Shown here piece by piece: positions 58,005-64,000 of a stretch of 64,000 nucleotides of DNA. The notes under the pieces were generated by a model. It did not search any database. It was not told where the DNA came from and saw only the letters and a program-made list of their open reading frames with translations. This DNA comes from Candidatus Ozemobacteraceae bacterium. Its GTDB lineage: Bacteria; Muiribacteriota; Ozemobacteria; Ozemobacterales; Ozemobacteraceae. The stretch lies in contig OZ223236.1 of the NCBI GenBank assembly GCA_965140445.1, positions 608,001 through 672,000 of the forward strand, in the 5' to 3' direction. Positions within the stretch are counted from its first letter, which is position 1, and every line of letters starts with the position of its first letter. The translations under genes were made by a program, and so were the position numbers.

Positions 58005-59276
58005 ATGACTTCAAATGAAACGATGATTGAAAAAAAAGCTCTTCCCCTATGGAAAAAGATTTTTATTGGATTTGGTTTGGGAATTCTGTTTGGAATCCTA
58101 TTAAAGCTTGGATTTGCCGAATCAGGAGAAACATTTTGTAAGGTATGGATTGCGCCGATTGGGACTCTGTTTTTAAATCTGATTAAAATGCTTATCATTC
58201 CTCTGGTTTTTTCATCTCTGTTTGTTGGCGCAGCAAGCATCGGTGATCCGGCTAAGCTTGGTCGGGTCGGAGCTAAAACCGTTGCTCTTTATCTTTTTAC
58301 AACAATGTTTGCTGTGTTTATTGGTATTTCAGCTTCTTTAATTATAGAGCCTGGAAAGGCTGTTAAAACAATAAAAATACCAGTTGCCAGTGCTTCTGCT
58401 AAAAACACAGAAGCTCCGGGATTGGCAAAAACCTTAATTGAAATTGTGCCACAAAACCCGGTAAAAGCAATGGTTGATACCAGGATTTTGCAGATAATAT
58501 TTTTTGCTTTATTAAGCGGAATTGCTGCGGCATTAAGTGGGGAGAAAGGGAAAAAAGCTATTGAAACAATGGCTTCCTTTGCTGAAGTTGCATATAAGAT
58601 GGTTGAATTGGTTATGCTTACAGCTCCTATAGGAGTTTTTGCTCTCATCGCAACCGCTATCTGCTCCCAGGGAATCAGCATTCTTTCGGGATTGGCAATG
58701 GTTATACTCTGTGCTTACCTTGGCTCTTTAATCCACGGCTTTTTCGTTTATGGTTCTCTTGTGAAAATACTTGGTAAACTTGATTTGCTGACCTTTTTCA
58801 AAGGCATTTTTCCAGCACAGATGCTGGCTTTTTCAACTTGTTCGTCAGCAGGGACTTTACCTGCATCTATGGAGTGTTGCGAAGAAAAGCTTGGAGTCTC
58901 AAGGAGCATTTCTTCTTTTGTCCTACCTCTTGGGGCAACCATTAATATGGATGGAACTTCCCTTTATCAAGGAGTTTGTGCTGTTTTTATCGCTCAAGTT
59001 TATGGAATAGATTTAACTATGGCACAGTTAGGCACAATAATTGTTACAGCTACCTTGGCTTCAATCGGAACCGCAGGAATTCCGGGAGCTGGTGTAATAA
59101 TGCTGGGAATGGTACTGGCTTCAGTTGGCCTTCCATTGGAAGGTGTGGCTATTATTGCCGGAGTAGACAGAATCCTTGATATGGCTCGCACAACATTAAA
59201 CATCACCGGGGACTGTGCTGTTAACTATGTTGTGGCGAAGACTGAAAATGAAATTCAGCCGGTTAAAATGGACTAG
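58005..59276 (+). CDS. Dicarboxylate/amino acid:cation symporter (GltP/DAACS family)
   Basis: FLNLIKMLIIPLVF, AFSTCSSAGTLP, LPLGATINMDG, DRILDMART. Confidence 0.95.
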   Translation: MTSNETMIEKKALPLWKKIFIGFGLGILFGILLKLGFAESGETFCKVWIAPIGTLFLNLIKMLIIPLVFSSLFVGAASIGDPAKLGRVGAKTVALYLFTTMFAVFIGISASLIIEPGKAVKTIKIPVASASAKNTEAPGLAKTLIEIVPQNPVKAMVDTRILQIIFFALLSGIAAALSGEKGKKAIETMASFAEVAYKMVELVMLTAPIGVFALIATAICSQGISILSGLAMVILCAYLGSLIHGFFVYGSLVKILGKLDLLTFFKGIFPAQMLAFSTCSSAGTLPASMECCEEKLGVSRSISSFVLPLGATINMDGTSLYQGVCAVFIAQVYGIDLTMAQLGTIIVTATLASIGTAGIPGAGVIMLGMVLASVGLPLEGVAIIAGVDRILDMARTTLNITGDCAVNYVVAKTENEIQPVKMD

Positions 59277-59287
59277 AATGTTATTTC

Positions 59288-60079
59288 TTATTTATGCAGA
59301 AGCATAAGCTTTTCGACTGCCATATTTATTATTTCAATAAAGATTAAAATAATAATAATCCATTCTAATAGTGAGCTATGGGCGTGATTGGATACATCCA
59401 TGAAGAGATCCAGGTTCTCTTTTATGATGCTCAGGTTTTCCTGAACGCTCTTATATCTAAGTTTTACATCTAATTCTCTACTGAGATCTTCGTCTATTTT
59501 ATTTAGCTCCTGATCTTCCCATGCAATTTGCGGTGAATCAAAAATGTATAAATTTTCAGCAATACTGTTTTTCAGGTTTAAAGCTCTTCCAAGGTATTTT
59601 AATAGTTTTTTTCCCTTAAGGTTGAGTTTTCCAATATTTTCAAGCTCGTTTGTATATTCTCTTGTTTCACTTAAGAGAGCTTCTGTGTGCTTTGTATAGA
59701 AGTCCATAGCCACAGACTGGGCTAGATTTAACATTATTACCTGTGCTGTATTTATGTTAAATCTTTTTAAAATCAGCTTGTTGAATAGAGCTTGATAGTC
59801 TTTCTGAGGATCTATCTCTATGTCGAAAACTTCTATTTCTGGTTCCTGAGCGGGAATATCCAAAATTTCTCGAATACTCTGAAGTATAGAAATCTGTTCT
59901 CCCTGAGGTACATCCATGAAAACAACGCTGCCATAGTTAAGTATGTAAATTAACCCGGAATCTTCGGTTTTATAAAAGACTTCAGTTTGGTCATGATGCA
60001 AAGTTTCATATACCAGTGTGTTTTTTAAACGTTTTATATCTATTTTTTTTCCAATATGATAGCCATAAACCTTTTTCAT
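59288..60079 (-). CDS. RMD1 / DUF155 family protein
   Basis: NYGSVVF, LAQSVAMDFY, DSPQIAW, SSLLEWIIIILI. Confidence 0.88.
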   Translation of the reverse strand: MKKVYGYHIGKKIDIKRLKNTLVYETLHHDQTEVFYKTEDSGLIYILNYGSVVFMDVPQGEQISILQSIREILDIPAQEPEIEVFDIEIDPQKDYQALFNKLILKRFNINTAQVIMLNLAQSVAMDFYTKHTEALLSETREYTNELENIGKLNLKGKKLLKYLGRALNLKNSIAENLYIFDSPQIAWEDQELNKIDEDLSRELDVKLRYKSVQENLSIIKENLDLFMDVSNHAHSSLLEWIIIILIFIEIINMAVEKLMLLHK

Positions 60080-60330
60080 AGTTGATTCCTGAGTAAAATT
60101 TTCGAACTTTGATTAACTTTTTAAGTTTAATCAAATAATATATGCATAGAAGCAGGATTATAACATCAAAACAGTAGGAAATCCTGCTGTTAATTTTCTA
60201 ATCTATGGCCTGATACAAAGATTTTTTGTTAACTTAACTGAACAAAATTTGGAGTGATGTCAAATTTTTATGAGACTGTTATAATACAGCTAAGACAATT
60301 TCTTCGGTAAAAGCTCAAATGGGGACGAAA

Positions 60331-62010
60331 ATGAAAAGACTTATTCTTGTTACTACTTTGGTATTGGTCTCTTTTGCTGCGGCAGTAAGCGGGAAAAGTT
60401 TCAGGGCTGAGATTAATGAAATTTATCCTTACAATTTCCCAAAAATTGAGGTGACAGTTAAGATTGTTACCCAGTCTAAAGAGCAGCCGGTTGCCGAGAA
60501 TTTTAAGTTGGAAGAAGAACCATACCAGATTGCAACTTTTACCTTTGCTCCAAAGCAACAGGAGCATTACCTGATGATGCTTATTGACAGGTCTTCCAGT
60601 ATTGAATCTGATATGCCAAAAATAAAGAAAGCTGCTGCGTTGTTTGCCGAAAAAATGGTTAAAAATGCCCAGATTGCAGTCATGTCATTTGGTAGCGATA
60701 TTGATTTTAATCAGCAGTTTACCCAGGATTTTCCAAAAATTCTGAAGGCAATTAAATTAATCCGTCCCTGGGGAGGCACATCTCTGTATGATGGCTTGTA
60801 TCAGGCTTGTGATGAACTTGAAATCAAAGCTGGGAGAGATAATCTTAAAACAATTGTTTGTTTAACTGATGGGCGCGATTCCACTCCAAGCGGGCAAACT
60901 TCCTTGTCCATAAAGTCTTCAGATGAGGTTATTGAAGTTGCCTTGCGCAAAAATGTTCGCATTATTACTGTCAGCATGGGTGAAGATCGAAGCGCGGACC
61001 CAATTTTAAAGAGTTTCGCACGAAAAACCAAGGGATGGTGCTTTCAGGCTCGCTCAGCTGATCAGCTTGAGAGTCTATACCTGGGAATCAGTAAGCGAAT
61101 GCTTCTGGAAAAGTATTATAGGATTTCTTATGAAAGTCCTGATCCAGAGCTCAATGGAACCTTAAGAAAGATTAAACTTCAAACAAACTTTAATGGCGAA
61201 TTCTTTGGTCACAGTCATGGTTACAGAGCTCCCACCAAATCGGAAAAAAATACCAGGCAGGTTGCTTCCCCTTCCAGAAAAGGCAAAGTACCTTTTACTG
61301 TTCAAACGACTTTTCTTGATTTAAAGTCTTATAAGTCTGATAACCCCGCGCTTGACGGGAAAATTGAACCTCCGGCTTCAAAACTTTTAATGGGATTGAG
61401 TAGTGCCGCTTTCTCTGAGCTAATGCCAGAGGAGATTGCCAAATTGATTAATCATTACAAAGAAAAGATCGGGAAGTCACATGCAGCCGATTTAGATCAG
61501 AAAAACGCATATTTGAAAATGTTCTCCTCATACTTGAACCTCTTATTTCAGGAAAATGAAGCTTATTCCAATAAAAGCGGCTTAACAACTTTCGATTATG
61601 AAAAAATAGAGTTTCGTCGCGGCTTGTTAAATTTGAGATTTGAGCAAATAGAGCTTTATCGGAAGAAATATTATGATGTTTATCTGGCGAAACATGGTGC
61701 CGTGATGGGAGAACTTGATTTTCAATATGCTCAATATGTACAGGAACAAAAAATTCCTGAAGAGAAATGGAAAAGCATCAGAATGAGTGAAAAGGCTAAT
61801 ATTGATGAGATAGAAGCCAAATTTAAGGCAAGTCTGGCAAAGTTTGAAAGTAAAAAAGCAGAGTTTTTGGCAAAATATGCCGTAGAAGAAACAACAGAGT
61901 CTTCGGTTGAAGCAAAAAGAAAAAACTCTAACAACTCAGAACCACTGGAGAGAGGTAAAAAGCCCAGAAAGTGGCGAGAGCTTTTTCCTGATATAGATTC
62001 TCTCGAATAA
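60331..62010 (+). CDS. Exported VWA-domain protein with helical C-terminus
   Basis: Signal peptide; LIDRSSSI, GGTSLYD, LTDGRD, YRISYES...RKI. Confidence 0.85.
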   Translation: MKRLILVTTLVLVSFAAAVSGKSFRAEINEIYPYNFPKIEVTVKIVTQSKEQPVAENFKLEEEPYQIATFTFAPKQQEHYLMMLIDRSSSIESDMPKIKKAAALFAEKMVKNAQIAVMSFGSDIDFNQQFTQDFPKILKAIKLIRPWGGTSLYDGLYQACDELEIKAGRDNLKTIVCLTDGRDSTPSGQTSLSIKSSDEVIEVALRKNVRIITVSMGEDRSADPILKSFARKTKGWCFQARSADQLESLYLGISKRMLLEKYYRISYESPDPELNGTLRKIKLQTNFNGEFFGHSHGYRAPTKSEKNTRQVASPSRKGKVPFTVQTTFLDLKSYKSDNPALDGKIEPPASKLLMGLSSAAFSELMPEEIAKLINHYKEKIGKSHAADLDQKNAYLKMFSSYLNLLFQENEAYSNKSGLTTFDYEKIEFRRGLLNLRFEQIELYRKKYYDVYLAKHGAVMGELDFQYAQYVQEQKIPEEKWKSIRMSEKANIDEIEAKFKASLAKFESKKAEFLAKYAVEETTESSVEAKRKNSNNSEPLERGKKPRKWRELFPDIDSLE

Positions 62011-62181
62011 GCATAAAAGAAGATTTATATCTTATTAAGCTTTGCGATTTAATTGCGTATCCTCCCCCAAAAATAGAAATTTAGCTTGTTTTAGTATATA
62101 ATTTAGTAAAACACCATAAATATAAAGAATTAACTACCGCATTATATCTAGAGGAACTTCGGCTTGAATGTCAGGTGATTA

Positions 62182-64000
62182 ATGCATCTTATTGAACTCG
62201 TTAACAATGTAACCTTACTGCTGGCCCTTTCAATGATTTATATACTATTAATCAAGAAAGTTGAGCTTGACAGCAAAGCTTGCAGCATATTTCTCGGAAC
62301 TTTATTTGGGATTTTTACCATTTTTGGAATGCTAAATCCGGTGAATTTTCTTCCCGGAATCTTTTTTGATGGACGTTCCATTCTTTTGAGCGCTGGAGCT
62401 TTCATTGGAGGACCTTTGGCAGCGACAATCTCTGCAGCCATAGCCGGTATTTTTCGTTTTTACATTGGAGGAGAGGGCAGATGGGTTGGTGTACTTGTTG
62501 TTTTAACATCTTCTGTCATAGGTGTGATCGCTCACAGGTATAGGGCAAAAAAGGTAAGCAGAGTTACTACTTTCGAGTTGTATATTTTTGGTCTTCTTGT
62601 GCACGTGACAATGATTCTTTGTATGCTCGCATTGCCAGGAAATAGTTCTACCCAAGTATTGCGCAATATGGCATTGCCAATACTGATAATTTTCCCCATT
62701 GGAACTTTTATTCTAACAATGGCTTTAATAGAACTTAAGAAGAATCTTATGATCGAAAAAGAGCTTGAGGAAAGTCACAAGTTTTATTTAAGCATTATTG
62801 ATAATTGTAAGACCATAATTTATGCAACCGACCTTGAGGGCAATTTTATTTTGGCAAATGCCGAACTTCTAAAGACTCTAAAACGTAATAGAGAGGATGT
62901 TATTGGTTGCCCAAGAAAACACTTGTTTTCTCCAGATGAGGTTGAAAAACAGGAGTTGAATGATCAAAAGGTAATTAAGGCAGAAGATTCGATACTTGTT
63001 GAAGAGAAATGTATTTTTGGGGACAAAGCAAGTTCGCATATTAGCGTAAAGTTTCCATTAAAAGATGATAAGGGGCGGATTACCGCTATTGGAGCTATCT
63101 CTACAGATGTAAGCGAATGGAAAGAAGCTCAGGAAGAACTTGACCGAACTAGGAAACTTTTTGCTACTGCGTTTGACTTCGCACCAATTGGAATGGCCAT
63201 TGTGAAATTAGATGGCGTAATTCATAAAGCGAATAAAATATTTTGCAAAATATTGGAATACTCTGAAGCAGATATACTTAAGATGAATTTTCGCGATTTT
63301 ACCCATCCTGATGATATGGGTTCGAGTTTAGAAAATGTCAAAAAAATGCTTAATGGCGATTATGCAAGATTCTCCATGGAAAAAAAATATGTGAGCAGGT
63401 CTGGGCAGACCATTCATTCTCATACTTCTGCTTCTGTTCTTAGAAACGACCTTGGTGAGCCTCAATACTTTTTTGTTCAGATTATTGATATTACTCAGCG
63501 TAAGATTTTGCAGGAACGTTTACAGCAGTCCCAAAAACTTGAATCTTTGGGAAATCTTGCTGGTGGAATTGCCCATGATTTCAATAATATTCTTGCATCA
63601 ATTGTTGGCTTTTCTGAGTTGGTAAAACAGGATTTGTCAGAATCTCACCCAGCTTTTCCAAGTATTGAGGCTGTATTAAAATCATCTTCGCGGGCCAAAG
63701 AATTGGTTAAACGAATTCTATTGTTTGCGCGGAAAACTGAAGAAATAAAACAACCTCTTGATTTGGCTCGGCAGATAAAAGAAACCTTAGCTATGCTCAG
63801 ACCTACTATCCCTTCTTCTATTGCCATTGATTGTTCAGCAGAAGAGAGAATTACAATTTTTAGCAATCCTTCTCAAATAAATCAGATATTGATAAACCTT
63901 ATTACCAATGCCTCTCATGCTATTGGAAGCGATGTTGGAAGAATCTCAATTACGCTTACTCGCGCTGAATCAAAAGAAGTCAATGAACTGGAGCATTTGA
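62182..64000 (+). CDS. 5TMR-LYT / PAS sensor histidine kinase, 3' end runs off the window
   Basis: Not in the ORF track. Manual translation: MHLIELVNN...PGIFFDGRS...GGP, two PAS domains (THPDD), QSQKLESLGNLAGGIAHDFNNIL, QILINLITNA. Confidence 0.92.
   Translation, partial: MHLIELVNNVTLLLALSMIYILLIKKVELDSKACSIFLGTLFGIFTIFGMLNPVNFLPGIFFDGRSILLSAGAFIGGPLAATISAAIAGIFRFYIGGEGRWVGVLVVLTSSVIGVIAHRYRAKKVSRVTTFELYIFGLLVHVTMILCMLALPGNSSTQVLRNMALPILIIFPIGTFILTMALIELKKNLMIEKELEESHKFYLSIIDNCKTIIYATDLEGNFILANAELLKTLKRNREDVIGCPRKHLFSPDEVEKQELNDQKVIKAEDSILVEEKCIFGDKASSHISVKFPLKDDKGRITAIGAISTDVSEWKEAQEELDRTRKLFATAFDFAPIGMAIVKLDGVIHKANKIFCKILEYSEADILKMNFRDFTHPDDMGSSLENVKKMLNGDYARFSMEKKYVSRSGQTIHSHTSASVLRNDLGEPQYFFVQIIDITQRKILQERLQQSQKLESLGNLAGGIAHDFNNILASIVGFSELVKQDLSESHPAFPSIEAVLKSSSRAKELVKRILLFARKTEEIKQPLDLARQIKETLAMLRPTIPSSIAIDCSAEERITIFSNPSQINQILINLITNASHAIGSDVGRISITLTRAESKEVNELEHL

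Overview
Low-GC (roughly 38-40% by eye) bacterial chromosomal window with about 50 CDS, one tRNA-Gly(CCC), and no rRNA, integrase, transposase or CRISPR-Cas genes that I can recognise. Familiar modules: a MoxR/DUF58/BatA-VWA/VWA operon, an RND pump with a divergent sigma54 activator, pirin, two MFS transporters, U32 protein, GNATs, MarR/SRPBCC pair, NfeD-like/flotillin pair, S8 and M23 peptidases, a DAACS symporter and a 5TMR-LYT/PAS histidine kinase truncated at the window end. The most unusual elements: (1) three dispersed near-identical ~715-bp modules (upstream repeats + sigma54 promoter + exported, extremely Lys-rich 135-aa protein + terminator) plus a decayed fourth copy, bracketing unrelated cargo genes and showing mosaic SNPs; (2) a duplicated ~185-bp non-coding element with a long hairpin, an anti-Shine-Dalgarno tract and a terminator; (3) a nested 51-bp/149-bp hairpin repeat array with compensatory changes; (4) odd proteins: a stand-alone mini-FlhA loop, a signal-peptide-bearing NadD-like/nucleoside-phosphorylase-like fusion, a pilin fused to carbohydrate-binding modules, a recurring Cys3-His pilin-head-like module, an exported kinase-fold protein and a pseudo-histidine kinase coupled to an MFS. 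All protein calls come from motif recognition by eye; no database search was run.
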